In this document: piece after piece, positions 27,215 through 39,140 of the stretch
Layout of the letters: each line of letters opens with the position of its first letter
How positions within the stretch are numbered: the first letter of the stretch is position 1
Origin: Desulfobacterales bacterium
GTDB lineage: Bacteria; Desulfobacterota; Desulfobacteria; Desulfobacterales; JANQIE01
DNA length: 64,000 nt
Direction of reading: 5' to 3'
Assembly (NCBI GenBank): GCA_028282295.1
Contig: JANQIE010000147.1
Span: 10,992-74,991, forward strand
The notes under the pieces: generated by a model
Seen by the model: the letters and a program-made list of their open reading frames with translations, nothing else
What the model was told of the DNA's origin: nothing
Databases searched by the model: none
Translations under genes and position numbers: made by a program

Positions 27215-27676
27215 CTACTCAAGGGTTAACTGGATCATCTCAATGCCGGCCTCCGCCAACATTTCCGCACTCATTTTATCCGCATAACCGGACTGGTAGT
27301 AGATCTTTTTGATTCCGGCATTAATCAACATTTTGGCACAAATCAAACACGGCAGGCTGGTGCAAAACAGTGTCGCCCCTTTCATGGTGACCCCATGTAC
27401 GGCGGCCTGAATAATGGCGTTTTGCTCCGCGTGACTGGCGCGGCAAAGTTCGTGTTTCTCACCGGACGGGATGTTCAATTGCTCCCGGATGCAACCCACT
27501 TCAAGACAATGACGAATCCCCGAGGGGGCGCCGTTGTAGCCGGTTGCCAGTACCCGTTTGTCTTTGACCAGCACGGCCCCGACCTGGCGGCGCAGGCAGG
27601 TGGAACGACTGGCGGCCAGAACGGCCATTTCCATAAAGTAGGTTTGCCATGACGGCCGCTTTGCGTTGTTATCCAT
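27215..27676 (-). CDS. deoxycytidylate (dCMP) deaminase, ComEB family
   Basis: HAEQNAI ... PCLICAKML zinc motifs. ATG 27676 ([14 protein letters not shown]) avoids overlapping glyA. Confidence 0.85.
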   Translation of the reverse strand: MDNNAKRPSWQTYFMEMAVLAASRSTCLRRQVGAVLVKDKRVLATGYNGAPSGIRHCLEVGCIREQLNIPSGEKHELCRASHAEQNAIIQAAVHGVTMKGATLFCTSLPCLICAKMLINAGIKKIYYQSGYADKMSAEMLAEAGIEMIQLTLE

Positions 27677-27686
27677 GAACGCCTCG

Positions 27687-28946
27687 CTATCCTTCAGTGA
27701 CCGCTTCGGCATATAAGGGAAACCGGCGGCAGAGCGCGAGTGCCTCGGCGCGCACTTTTTCGATGACAGCATCATCTTGCGGCGCTTTTAACACCGCCAC
27801 GATCATTTCCGCCACGGTTTCCATTTGCACTTCCCGCATGCCGCGCGACGTCAGCACCGGAGTGCCCAAACGAATGCCGCTGGTGACAAACGGACTTTGG
27901 GTGTCGAAGGGGATTGTGTTTTTGTTGATGGTCAGCCCGGCCCGGCCCAGAGCGCTTTCGGCAACTCTACCGGTAAGGCCCATCGGCGTCAGGTCCACCA
28001 GAACGAGGTGATTATCGGTGCCGCCGGAGACAAGGTGTATCCCGGCACCCGACAGGGCCGCAGCAAGCGCCGCCGCATTTTTGACTGTTTGGGATTGATA
28101 TTCACGAAATTCCGGGGAAAGCGCCTCTTTAAACGCCAGGGCCTTGGCCGCGATCACGTGCATGAGCGGCCCGCCCTGGATACCCGGAAAAATGGTTTTG
28201 TTTAATGGGGTGCCATAGTCGGTTGAGGCCAGGATCAATCCGCCGCGCGGGCCCTTGAGGGTTTTATGGGTGGTGGAAGTCACGACATGGGCATGGGGTA
28301 TCGGGGACGGATGGACACCGGCCGCCACCAGCCCGGCAATGTGTGCCATATCGACCATCAAATAGGCCTCCACTGAAGCGGCGATGTGGGCAAAGGCTTC
28401 AAAATCGAGAATTCGGGGGTAGGCGCTGGCACCGGCCACGATCATGCGCGGCCGGGTCTTTTCCGCCATCCGGCCTAATTCGTCATAGTCGATGGTTCCG
28501 GTTTCCTTGTCCACGCCGTAATGCACGAAATTGAACAACTGACCTGAAAAACTGGTGGGACTGCCATGGGTCAAATGGCCGCCGTGGGACAAATCCATGC
28601 CCATCACCGTGTCACCGGGTTTGAGCAACGAAAAATAAACCGCCATGTTGGCCTGCGATCCGGAATGGGCCTGCACATTGGCGTATGTTGCGCCGAACAA
28701 CTCGCACGCGCGGTCAATGGCCAGTTGTTCGGCCGTATCGACGAACTCGCAGCCGCCGTAGTAGCGCTTTTCAGGATACCCTTCGGCGTACTTATTGGTC
28801 AGCAGGCTGCCTTGCACCGCCATCACCGCCGGGCTGGCGACATTTTCAGAGGCGATCATTTCAAGCGTATTTTTCTGCCGGTCTGTTTCGCAGGCAATTA
28901 CACGGGCAATATCAGGATCAATCGATTCAATAAGTTTCGCGTCCAC
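27687..28946 (-). CDS. glyA: serine hydroxymethyltransferase
   Basis: [15 protein letters not shown] site. GTG 28946 preceded by AGGAGAGGAAG; the track start at 29054 would overlap rpiB. Confidence 0.95.
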   Translation of the reverse strand: MDAKLIESIDPDIARVIACETDRQKNTLEMIASENVASPAVMAVQGSLLTNKYAEGYPEKRYYGGCEFVDTAEQLAIDRACELFGATYANVQAHSGSQANMAVYFSLLKPGDTVMGMDLSHGGHLTHGSPTSFSGQLFNFVHYGVDKETGTIDYDELGRMAEKTRPRMIVAGASAYPRILDFEAFAHIAASVEAYLMVDMAHIAGLVAAGVHPSPIPHAHVVTSTTHKTLKGPRGGLILASTDYGTPLNKTIFPGIQGGPLMHVIAAKALAFKEALSPEFREYQSQTVKNAAALAAALSGAGIHLVSGGTDNHLVLVDLTPMGLTGRVAESALGRAGLTINKNTIPFDTQSPFVTSGIRLGTPVLTSRGMREVQMETVAEMIVAVLKAPQDDAVIEKVRAEALALCRRFPLYAEAVTEG

Positions 28947-28962
28947 GGGCTTGCTTCCTCTC

Positions 28963-29445
28963 CTATCGTTTTTCCTGGGCGTGGGCGGCACACAGCCCGA
29001 TTTCATCAATGCGGTCGAATTTGTCCAGCCGCTTTTGATGGCGTCCACCGTCAAAGGGGGTTTCCAACCAGGTTTTCACAATCTCCAGAGCCAGAATATC
29101 GCCGATCACCCGTCCTCCCAGAACGAGAATATTGGCATTGTTATGTCGTCGTGACAGACCGGCCGCGAACAGATCCGCGCACAACGCCGCCCGGACATGG
29201 GAAAACTTATTGGCCACCATGCTCATCCCGATGCCGGTGCCGCAGATCAGGATGCCGCGCTTGAACTTTCCGGTGGAAACCGCCGCGGCCACCTTGATGC
29301 CATAATCCGGGTAATCGACCGCCTCTTCACTGTAAGCACCGGCGTCTTCAACGTCGATGCCCTGGTCGGTGAGATATTGACAAATCCGCTGTTTCAGTTG
29401 AAACGCCGCGTGATCACAGCCGATCATAATCGGGGTCATGTCCAT
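28963..29445 (-). CDS. rpiB: ribose-5-phosphate isomerase B
   Basis: IGCDHAAF ... [11 protein letters not shown] ... signature. About 160 aa. Confidence 0.9.
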   Translation of the reverse strand: MDMTPIMIGCDHAAFQLKQRICQYLTDQGIDVEDAGAYSEEAVDYPDYGIKVAAAVSTGKFKRGILICGTGIGMSMVANKFSHVRAALCADLFAAGLSRRHNNANILVLGGRVIGDILALEIVKTWLETPFDGGRHQKRLDKFDRIDEIGLCAAHAQEKR

Positions 29446-29603
29446 GTGCGCCTGCCCTTTCCGAGTGCGATTGCCGGCAGGTCAAACCGGCAATCAGGAT
29501 TTAATGGTTAACTTTTTATTAAATATGAAACAAGGTCTCACCGCAAGAGAAAAAATGACCCGGCGGGCGGTAGCGCAGCCGGCACGCTCGCCGCATCCCG
29601 GTC

Positions 29604-29644
29604 GAAAAAAAACCGGCTAGCTGTAATTGACAGAAGCCGGTTTG
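29604..29644 (-). terminator. rho-independent terminator downstream of fabF
   Basis: Minus strand reads AACCGGCT..(CTGT..ACAG)..AGCCGGTT followed by TTTTTTT, 35 nt after the fabF stop. Confidence 0.6.
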
Positions 29645-29678
29645 TAATGTTTGTCGATATGTTGCGGACTCGGCCGGG

Positions 29679-30920
29679 CTAATCCGTATATTTTTTGACA
29701 ATCAACGACGCATTGGTGCCGCCAAACCCGAACGAGTTGGTCATGGCGTAATTGATGGTCATTTTGCGGGCCGTATGCGGCACGTAATCCAAATCACACT
29801 CATCATCCGGATTGTCCAGATTGATGGTCGGCGGGGCAATATCGTTCTTGACCGCCAGGGCGGTAAACACGGTTTCAATGCCGCCGGCGCCGCCGAGCAA
29901 ATGACCGGTCATCGATTTGGTGGAACTCATGGCCAGTTTGCTCGCGTGATCGCCAAACACAGTTTTCACAGCGCGCGTTTCGAACTTGTCGTTGAGCGGT
30001 GTCGAGGTGCCGTGGGCATTGATATAGTCGATCTTCTCCCGGGTCAGACCGGCACTATCCAGCGCAGCCTGCATGCACCGTGCGGCCCCGTCGCCGTCCG
30101 GGCTGGGCTGAGTCATGTGATGGCCATCCCCGCTCATGCCGTAACCGACCATTTCGCCATAGATGGTGGCGCCCCGCTCCAAGGCGTGGTCCAGGCTCTC
30201 GAGCATCAGCATACCGGCCCCTTCGCCGACCACAAACCCGTCCCGGTCGCGATCGAACGGCCGCGAGGCTTTGGCCGGTTCGTCGTTGCGCGTGGAGAGC
30301 GCCTTCATGGCGCCGAAACCGGCAATACAGGTTCGGGTGATGACCGATTCGACCCCGCCGGTGACCATGCATTCGGCCGCACCGCGCAAAATGGCGGTAC
30401 ACGCGTCACCCACCGCGTGCGCGCCGGCTGCGCAGGCAGTGGCCACCGACGAATTGGGCCCCTTGGCCCCCAAATGGATGGAAATCATGCCGGCGGCCAT
30501 GTTGCCGATCAACATGGGGATAAAAAACGGGCTGACCCGTTTGGGGCCTTTTTTATCCACGATCTGCGCGGTGCGTTCGAGCATTTCCAATCCGCCCAGG
30601 CCGCATCCGGTGATAACACCGCATTTACTTGCATTGGCACCGGTAATTTTGAGCCCCGAATCCTCTAGCGCCATGCGTGCCGCGGCAATGGCGTAGGCGA
30701 TAAACAACTGATTGCGCTTGGCTTCTTTGCGCGGCAGAAACTCTTCCGCGTTAAACCCCTTGACTTCACCGGCAATTTTGGTGTCGTAATCGCTCGTGTC
30801 AAAGCGTGTAATTTCACTGACCCCCGATTTGCCCGCACACAAACCTTCCCATGACGGTTCAACGCCGATACCCAGAGGGGTGACAAGACCGACTCCTGTT
30901 ATGACTACCCTTCTATTCAC
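29679..30920 (-). CDS. fabF: beta-ketoacyl-ACP synthase II
   Basis: Active-site ATACAAG Cys region. HGTSTPLND and NSFGFGGTN motifs. Confidence 0.95.
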   Translation of the reverse strand: MNRRVVITGVGLVTPLGIGVEPSWEGLCAGKSGVSEITRFDTSDYDTKIAGEVKGFNAEEFLPRKEAKRNQLFIAYAIAAARMALEDSGLKITGANASKCGVITGCGLGGLEMLERTAQIVDKKGPKRVSPFFIPMLIGNMAAGMISIHLGAKGPNSSVATACAAGAHAVGDACTAILRGAAECMVTGGVESVITRTCIAGFGAMKALSTRNDEPAKASRPFDRDRDGFVVGEGAGMLMLESLDHALERGATIYGEMVGYGMSGDGHHMTQPSPDGDGAARCMQAALDSAGLTREKIDYINAHGTSTPLNDKFETRAVKTVFGDHASKLAMSSTKSMTGHLLGGAGGIETVFTALAVKNDIAPPTINLDNPDDECDLDYVPHTARKMTINYAMTNSFGFGGTNASLIVKKYTD

Positions 30921-30956
30921 ATTAGTCCTCTTTTGTATGTTTCAATTCCCTATCGA

Positions 30957-31190
30957 TCAGGAATGGGAGTGCGTGTATTCAATGGCGTCTTTGACGGTGA
31001 CCAGTTTTTCGGCGTCTTCATCCGAAATCTCAATATCGAACTCTTCTTCCATGGACATAATCAGTTCGACCAAATCCAACGAATCGGCGCCCAGGTCATC
31101 CACGAACGACGCTTCCGGCACAACTTCTTCCAGATCCACACTCAGTTTTTCAGCAATAATTTTTTTTACCTTATCTTCGATAGACATCAA
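30957..31190 (-). CDS. acpP: acyl carrier protein
   Basis: [13 protein letters not shown] phosphopantetheine site. 77 aa. Confidence 0.95.
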   Translation of the reverse strand: MMSIEDKVKKIIAEKLSVDLEEVVPEASFVDDLGADSLDLVELIMSMEEEFDIEISDEDAEKLVTVKDAIEYTHSHS

Positions 31191-31306
31191 ATGCTCCTTT
31201 CATTAACACTTTAACCCGTCGATTTTTTTCGGAAAACTGGCGTTTCACAATTAAAATCGCGCAAATACGTGTCGGTCCGCGTGTCGGCCGACTTTAAAAA
31301 ACAATA

Positions 31307-32053
31307 TCAAATATACATGCCACCATTGACATGAATTACTTGTCCGGTAATGTAGGCCGCCGCATCCGACGCCAAAAAGGCGACGGTTGCCGCCACCTCG
31401 TCAACCTGCCCGAAGCGCCTCAACGGAATTTGCGTTTGCAGCGCCTCACGCGCCTTATCCGTCATGGCATCGGTCATGTCGGTTTCCACAAAACCCGGCG
31501 CCACCGCGTTGACCGTGATATTGCGCGAGGCCAGTTCCCGGGCCGCCGATTTGGTCAAACCGATCAGACCGGCTTTGGAAGCCGCGTAATTGGCCTGCCC
31601 GGCATTGCCCATGGCGCCCACCACCGAGGTGATGTTGATGATCCGGCCGCCACGCTGCTTCATCATCGGCCGGGTGGCGCTTTTGATGCAATTGAACGCG
31701 CCCTTTAAGTTGATATTCAACACGGTATCCCAGTCGGCCTCTTTCATCATGGCGATCAAGCCGTCTTTGGTGACACCGGCGTTGTTCACGAGCACGTCGA
31801 TGCGCCCGGTTTTTTCCATAATCTGCTTAAAAAAAGCACTCACCGATTCCGGCGAGGCCACATCGGCCTGAACGCCTTCGGCCGTGCCCCCCTTTTCGCC
31901 CACCAAGGCAATGGTCTTTTCAGCAGCTTCGCCGGCGGAATGGTAGTTAAAAAAGAGATGCGTATCCGGCCCGGCCAGCGCCAGGCAAATGGCGCGTCCA
32001 ATGCCACGGGACCCGCCGGTCACAACCACTGTGCGTTTTGCTTCCGAAGTCAT
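31307..32053 (-). CDS. fabG: 3-oxoacyl-ACP reductase
   Basis: SDR motifs TGGSRGIG, NNAG, YAASKAG. Position upstream of acpP. Confidence 0.9.
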   Translation of the reverse strand: MTSEAKRTVVVTGGSRGIGRAICLALAGPDTHLFFNYHSAGEAAEKTIALVGEKGGTAEGVQADVASPESVSAFFKQIMEKTGRIDVLVNNAGVTKDGLIAMMKEADWDTVLNINLKGAFNCIKSATRPMMKQRGGRIINITSVVGAMGNAGQANYAASKAGLIGLTKSAARELASRNITVNAVAPGFVETDMTDAMTDKAREALQTQIPLRRFGQVDEVAATVAFLASDAAAYITGQVIHVNGGMYI

Positions 32054-32055
32054 GA

Positions 32056-33720
32056 CTACCTCTCAAAAATAAAGTCGGCAAGCGCATCCATGTCGGCCAT
32101 GGCACCTTGCACGCTGCCCACCAGGTCGTTGTAAGCAATCGCGGATTTGAACTCTTCCGCAGCCTCAGCCGAAACCACACCGCTGCCCAGGGCAACCCTG
32201 GTTGCGTTGGCCGCCACCAGTTGCGCCACTTCGCGGACGAACAATCGCGTCATGACCTTGAGCTTTTCCGACCGGGCGTCATCGGAATTGACGGCAGCGG
32301 CAGTCTGCCGCACAAACGCCGCCCCCACTTCCACATGGGCAACGGCATCGGCAAGCATGAACATGGCATATTGCTGCCGGCTCAAGCGGTTGTTGTGGAT
32401 CACATCGATAAGATGATTCAGCGCTTTTGTGGCCGTCGCCAGCGTGCCGGCGCCGATATCCGTCAGCTCGGCCTGCAACGCTTCCAGTTCAGCGGCAATA
32501 TCGCCGTAAAAAGCCCCTTTGCTTTTACGGGTGATCTTCCAGCGGAACGTACTGACGATATTCTGCTGGATCTCGCTGGTCCCCTCGTAAATACAGGTGA
32601 TTTTCACATCACGCTTGATTTTTTCAACTTCATACTCGTTGATGTACCCATAGCCGCCCAGGGCCTGGATGGCATTGTCACAGGCAATGTTGGCCGATTC
32701 GGTGGTAAACAGCTTGGCAATGGAACCTTCAACCTGCAAATCCTTTTCGCCGGCATCCAGACGATGTCCGATTTCATCGATGTAAGCGGCGGCGGCCGCC
32801 AGCCGCACCACATTGGGCACGATCAACTTGTGGGTATACCCTTGCTTTTCACTCAACGGCGTGCCGAACTGAATCCGCTCCCTGGCATACGGGATCGCGA
32901 TCGCCAGGGCGGCCTCGCCGGCGCCCAGCCCCATGGCCGCGACCATCAGGCGGGTGTAGCCGAACACCTGGTTGGCTTGTTTCAAACCCTTGCCGGGTTC
33001 GCCACCGATCAGATTATCCACCGGCACCACAACATCGGTCAGGGTCAGTGGTGATGTATTGGAAGCGCGGATCCCGTGCTTCTCCTCCCCTTTGCCCAGT
33101 TCAAAACCGTCGGTGCCTTTCTCAACCACAAAAAAAGTGGGGCCTTCGGGGGTATTTGCCAACAACGTCACAAAATCGGCATAGCCGCCGTTGGAAATAA
33201 ACTGCTTGGTTCCATTGATCTTATAAGCGGTCACATTGCCGTTGGCATCCGCAAGCGGCTCGGCTTTGGTTTTCAACGCCGCCAGATTGCTGCCGGCCCC
33301 GGCCTCGGTGACGGCATAGGCCACCAGCGTATTGCCCTCGGCAATAGCACCCAGCCATTTGGCTTTCTGCTCATCGGTCGCCCCCACAAGCAAGGGATCC
33401 GCGCCGAGTTGAATGGCAAAAAACGCCGTACCGACACCCAGGCATATCTTGGCCATCTCCCGTGTCACGGCGCAGCAATCGCGCGCGCCGCCGCCCATGC
33501 CACCGTAATCTTCCGGAATGAACAATAACTGCAGACCGATCTCCGGCCCCAGCATCTCACGAATGGTTTCTTCCGGAAAAATTTCCTTTTTATCGTATTC
33601 CAGGATTTTCTCTTGGGTGAGGAGCTTCTTGCGAAGCTGCTGGATCGTTTCAACAACCATCTGACGAGATTCGTCATCCAATCCTTGCAGTTCCACACCT
33701 GTATCATTCTGCGCTGCCAT
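32056..33720 (-). CDS. acyl-CoA dehydrogenase family protein with long C-terminal extension (554 aa)
   Basis: ACAD motifs (GGMGGGARD, IYEGTSEIQ). About 150 extra C-terminal residues. Stop lies 2 nt before the fabG start. Confidence 0.8.
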   Translation of the reverse strand: MAAQNDTGVELQGLDDESRQMVVETIQQLRKKLLTQEKILEYDKKEIFPEETIREMLGPEIGLQLLFIPEDYGGMGGGARDCCAVTREMAKICLGVGTAFFAIQLGADPLLVGATDEQKAKWLGAIAEGNTLVAYAVTEAGAGSNLAALKTKAEPLADANGNVTAYKINGTKQFISNGGYADFVTLLANTPEGPTFFVVEKGTDGFELGKGEEKHGIRASNTSPLTLTDVVVPVDNLIGGEPGKGLKQANQVFGYTRLMVAAMGLGAGEAALAIAIPYARERIQFGTPLSEKQGYTHKLIVPNVVRLAAAAAYIDEIGHRLDAGEKDLQVEGSIAKLFTTESANIACDNAIQALGGYGYINEYEVEKIKRDVKITCIYEGTSEIQQNIVSTFRWKITRKSKGAFYGDIAAELEALQAELTDIGAGTLATATKALNHLIDVIHNNRLSRQQYAMFMLADAVAHVEVGAAFVRQTAAAVNSDDARSEKLKVMTRLFVREVAQLVAANATRVALGSGVVSAEAAEEFKSAIAYNDLVGSVQGAMADMDALADFIFER

Positions 33721-33871
33721 GGCATCTATCCTTCATCGATTTCAAGGTCGGCCCAAAATAAAAAAAACAACGCGACCGGACACACGCGTGGACAAATCCG
33801 CGGTTTTTTTAAACTAGACCAAAATTTATTTTTATGGATTAATTAGGGTAGCGGGGACCGGCCTCGCAACG

Positions 33872-34054
33872 TTAATCCTCATCGGACTCCGAAACATTGC
33901 GGCCTTTATAGCTTCCGCATTCAGAACAAGCAAAATGGGGCAGTTTCGCCTCGCCACATTCCGGGCAGGTTGTAGTGTTTGGTGCGGTGGCTTTTTTATG
34001 GGTACGGCGCATATCGCGCTTTGACTTAGAGGTTTTGCGCTTGGGAACAGCCAT
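33872..34054 (-). CDS. rpmF: 50S ribosomal protein L32
   Basis: [17 protein letters not shown] start with CxxC...CxxC zinc ribbon. Confidence 0.95.
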   Translation of the reverse strand: MAVPKRKTSKSKRDMRRTHKKATAPNTTTCPECGEAKLPHFACSECGSYKGRNVSESDED

Positions 34055-34520
34055 TGTAATCTCCTAACTAATTGTAATCATTTTAATTTATTTCCAGAAT
34101 CGCTAATTGCTTAAAAAATCCTGTCTCTAGTAATTAAAAATCAGGGGAATGTCAAGAATTTTCCCAGAATGCCCGGCTCTATCCTTGTCGATTGCACCGG
34201 ACTGTGATATGCCAACAAGCGGCACGCGGGTGGCAATTTCGAATAAACTAATTAATATTAACATGTTAAGCGTTATAAGCGCCTTGTCCGGAAGCTGAGC
34301 CAAAAAACGGCACCAACCAAAAAAAACCCGCGCCGGGAACTTTTATACCATCGTGACGCCCATTTACTTATGACTACATCGCAATGAATGCAAAGAGTAA
34401 ATCGATTAGCGAATAATCTTTTAATTCTAAATTGTTATCGCACTACTAACAATTACGCCGCCGGCAATCAATCCCGCCGGTCGCGGCAACTGATCGAATT
34501 CGAACCAAAAAAGGAAGCCC

Positions 34521-35933
34521 ATGCAATCCATCGTTACCCGTTTTCCCCCCAGCCCTTCCGGTTACTTGCACCTTGGCGGTGCACGCACCGCCCTGTTCAA
34601 CTGGCTCTACGCACGGCACACCAAGGGCCGCTTTGTACTGCGTTTTGAAGACACCGACGTCGCCCGGTCGACCCAGGCTTCCATCGACGCCATTTATGAA
34701 GCCCTTGAGTGGCTCGGCATCGATTGGGATGAAGGTCCGTACTTTCAGTCCCAACGGGCCGACTTGCACAATGAACACATAGACCGACTGATCGCCGGGG
34801 ATCAGGCCTACCATTGCACCTGCAGCCCCGAGCAAATCGACGCCATGCGCACCAAAGCCATGGCCGCCGGAGACAAACCCCGCTATGACGGCACCTGCCG
34901 CGCCAAGGGCCTCGGCCCGCAACCCGGCGCTGTTGTGCGCTTCAAGGCCCCGGCCACCGGAATCACAATCCTGGACGACACTATCAAGGGCCGCATTGTT
35001 TTCCAGAACGCGGAACTCGACGATTTTATTATCCGCCGTAGCGACGGCACGCCGACCTACAACCTGGCCGTGGTGGTCGACGACATCACCATGGGCATCA
35101 ACACCGTCATCCGCGGCGACGACCACGTGAACAACACCCCCAAACAGATCCTGTTGTTTCAGGCCCTCGATGCACCGCTGCCGACCTTCGGGCACGTGCC
35201 GATGGTGCTGGGCGCCGACCGCTCACGCCTGAGCAAGCGCCACGGGGCCACCTCCGTGACCGCCTACCGCGACATGGGGTATCTGCCCGACGCCATGATC
35301 AATTTTCTGGTGCGCCTCGGCTGGTCGCATGGCGACCAGGAATTTTTCACCCGCGAGGAGCTGATCGAAAAGTTTTCCCTGGAAAATATCGGCCGTAGCG
35401 CCGGGATTTTCAATCCTGAAAAACTCCAGGCCATCAATGCCGACCATATCAAGGCTACACCACCGGCGCATCTGATCTCACACCTGCAACCTTTTCTAAA
35501 GACCCAGGGCGTCGAGACCCATGACGAAACGTTGCTCTGCAAAATAATCCCCACCCTGAATACCCGCAGTAAAACACTGGCGGACATGGCCGAAGGGGCG
35601 CATTTTTATTTTCGGGAAACCATCGAGTTCGATGAGAAAGCGGCCAAAAAATTCCTGCGCCCGGTCAGTCTGGAACCGATGCGCCTGTTGACCGAAAAAT
35701 TGACACAACTTAAGGAGTTTACCGAAGCTGGCCTGGAAGACGTCTTTAAACAGGTGATGGACCAAACCGAAATCAAGCTGGGCAAGATCGCCCAACCGGT
35801 CCGTGTGGCCCTGACCGGCGGCACCGTCAGTCCGGGCATATTCGAAATCATTGCCGTCCTGGGCCGCGAGACCACCTTGCGGCGACTCCAAAAGGCGGTC
35901 GCGTATATCCAAAAACGGGCCGACGCCGGCTAG
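34521..35933 (+). CDS. gltX: glutamate--tRNA ligase
   Basis: PSPSGYLHLGGART (HIGH) and KLSKRHG (KMSKS). 470 aa. Confidence 0.95.
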   Translation: MQSIVTRFPPSPSGYLHLGGARTALFNWLYARHTKGRFVLRFEDTDVARSTQASIDAIYEALEWLGIDWDEGPYFQSQRADLHNEHIDRLIAGDQAYHCTCSPEQIDAMRTKAMAAGDKPRYDGTCRAKGLGPQPGAVVRFKAPATGITILDDTIKGRIVFQNAELDDFIIRRSDGTPTYNLAVVVDDITMGINTVIRGDDHVNNTPKQILLFQALDAPLPTFGHVPMVLGADRSRLSKRHGATSVTAYRDMGYLPDAMINFLVRLGWSHGDQEFFTREELIEKFSLENIGRSAGIFNPEKLQAINADHIKATPPAHLISHLQPFLKTQGVETHDETLLCKIIPTLNTRSKTLADMAEGAHFYFRETIEFDEKAAKKFLRPVSLEPMRLLTEKLTQLKEFTEAGLEDVFKQVMDQTEIKLGKIAQPVRVALTGGTVSPGIFEIIAVLGRETTLRRLQKAVAYIQKRADAG

Positions 35934-35940
35934 TTTTTTA

Positions 35941-35969
35941 TTGACTGGATACGGCGCCTAGGTTATTTT
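35941..35969 (+). promoter_or_regulatory. sigma-70-like promoter for tRNA-Gln
   Basis: TTGACT, a 17-nt spacer, then TATTTT, ending about 15 nt before the tRNA 5' end. Confidence 0.45.
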
Positions 35970-35984
35970 TGGCACCTATTTCAC

Positions 35985-36058
35985 TGGGAGATCGTCTAGC
36001 GGCAAGACTACGGACTCTGACTCCGTCAACCCAGGTTCGAATCCTGGTCTCCCAGCCA
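35985..36058 (+). tRNA. tRNA-Gln (anticodon CTG), CCA encoded
   Basis: Cloverleaf folded by hand. Acceptor TGGGAGA/TCTCCCA, D stem GTCT/AGAC, anticodon stem ACGGA/TCCGT with loop CTCTGAC, T arm CCAGG-TTCGAAT-CCTGG, discriminator G plus CCA. Confidence 0.9.
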
Positions 36059-36063
36059 TCCGA

Positions 36064-36102
36064 CAAAAAAAGGGCTTAGCCGAAACGGCTAAGCCCTTTT
36101 TT
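36064..36102. terminator. bidirectional rho-independent terminator
   Basis: AAAAAAA-AGGGCTTAGCC-GAAAC-GGCTAAGCCCT-TTTTT directly after the tRNA. The A-tract/T-tract symmetry allows termination from both directions. Confidence 0.65.
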
Positions 36103-36233
36103 AGTAATTGTGACGTTTTTACTGCCACTACGCGTCATGCCGGCAAAAACAGAATCCATATCTTACGAATGAAATTTCCCCGGATGCCGGCTTTGGCCGG
36201 CATGGCGAGAAAAACACCCATTTTCAGCAGTGC

Positions 36234-37967
<1,734 letters not shown>

Positions 37968-38244
37968 TATGAATCCTTGTGCGGTTCCTTGCGCCGGTTG
38001 ACGTTTTGCAAGGTGCCGGTCAAATTAAGTTCATCAAATCAATCAGTTATCAGGCGTTTCTACCACATCTGCCAAATCACTGTAAATGCTTTTTTAACCG
38101 GCTTTCAAACCGGCCCCGGCCGGTGGCAAAAAGCCTCGCGGAAATCCTTGACAGCCGCTTCCGGGTTATATATTCGAAGTTTTTATATTCGATTTTGCGA
38201 ACTGCGGCACCCATTGCTCGTATCTATCTGGAAATGGTAGCTTT

Positions 38245-38390
38245 GTGCCCATCCGGAAATAGCATCTTTTGGCCCCTGGCGGCGTTCTCACATTTTTAAA
38301 ATCCTCGGAATAGCTCGCTATACCTGCGGTTTTGAAAATGTTCGGGCCTTGCCAGGAACCATAATCTACCATTTCCGAATGGGCACTAGC
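38245..38390. repeat. 146-bp palindromic MITE-like element, copy 1
   Basis: Near-identical in length and about 80% identical by eye to 40187-40332, in the same orientation. Termini are inverted repeats (GTGCCCATCCGGAAAT ... ATTTCCGAATGGGCAC). Confidence 0.8.
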
Positions 38391-38477
38391 TTGCGGCAAT
38401 TCTCATACCGCCATCGATTAACACCCGCTCCGCAGGTGAACGCCTCAATGCTGAAACAAAACCCAATGGAGAGCAAG

Positions 38478-39110
38478 ATGAAAACAAAAGTATTATCCCT
38501 GGTGGTTGCATGTGCTGTGCTGGCTGTTACGACGGCAGGTATCGCCCCGGCAGCCGATGAACACACGGTATACGTCGAGGACCGGATCAGTCTGCAAGTG
38601 CTCAGCGGCGCCCTGTTTGCCCCCACCGGCCTGGGGCCGGATACGCCCACGTTCAATTATATCCCGGTAAATGCGCGTTTGGGCTGGATGCTCAACACCC
38701 CCAAGGGCAACGCAGGCTTTTTCCGGGGCAACTGGGAAATGCTGGCCGAGGTCACGGCCGCCTGGATCTATGATAGTTTCGGCTCCTACTATGTTGGTGT
38801 TACGCCCCTGATTCGTTATAACTTTGTTCAGCCGGACGCGCGCATCGTACCCTATGTGCAGGGCGGCTGGGGGATCGTCTTTACCGACGCCCATGAAGAG
38901 GACGACCAGCGGGCCATCGGCCAGGAACTTGAATTCACGCCGCAAATCAGTGTGGGCTTGCGCTATCTGCTCAACGACAAATGGTCCTTCGATGCCGAGG
39001 GCATGTGGCATCACATCTCCAATGCCGATTTGGACGAACGCAACGCCGGCATCAACGCCCTGGGCGGTTTTGTCGGATTCACCTATTTCTTTGATGAGTT
39101 GTGGCAGTAG
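38478..39110 (+). CDS. outer-membrane acyloxyacyl hydrolase (lipid A deacylase PagL-like)
   Basis: GGAGAG RBS before ATG 38478. Signal peptide. Beta-barrel-like alternating sequence. Family motif WHHISNA ... RNAGIN (His/Ser). Aromatic C-terminus. Confidence 0.6.
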   Translation: MKTKVLSLVVACAVLAVTTAGIAPAADEHTVYVEDRISLQVLSGALFAPTGLGPDTPTFNYIPVNARLGWMLNTPKGNAGFFRGNWEMLAEVTAAWIYDSFGSYYVGVTPLIRYNFVQPDARIVPYVQGGWGIVFTDAHEEDDQRAIGQELEFTPQISVGLRYLLNDKWSFDAEGMWHHISNADLDERNAGINALGGFVGFTYFFDELWQ

Positions 39111-39140
39111 GGTTGGCTAGTCGACAAGTTTCTTGTACGA

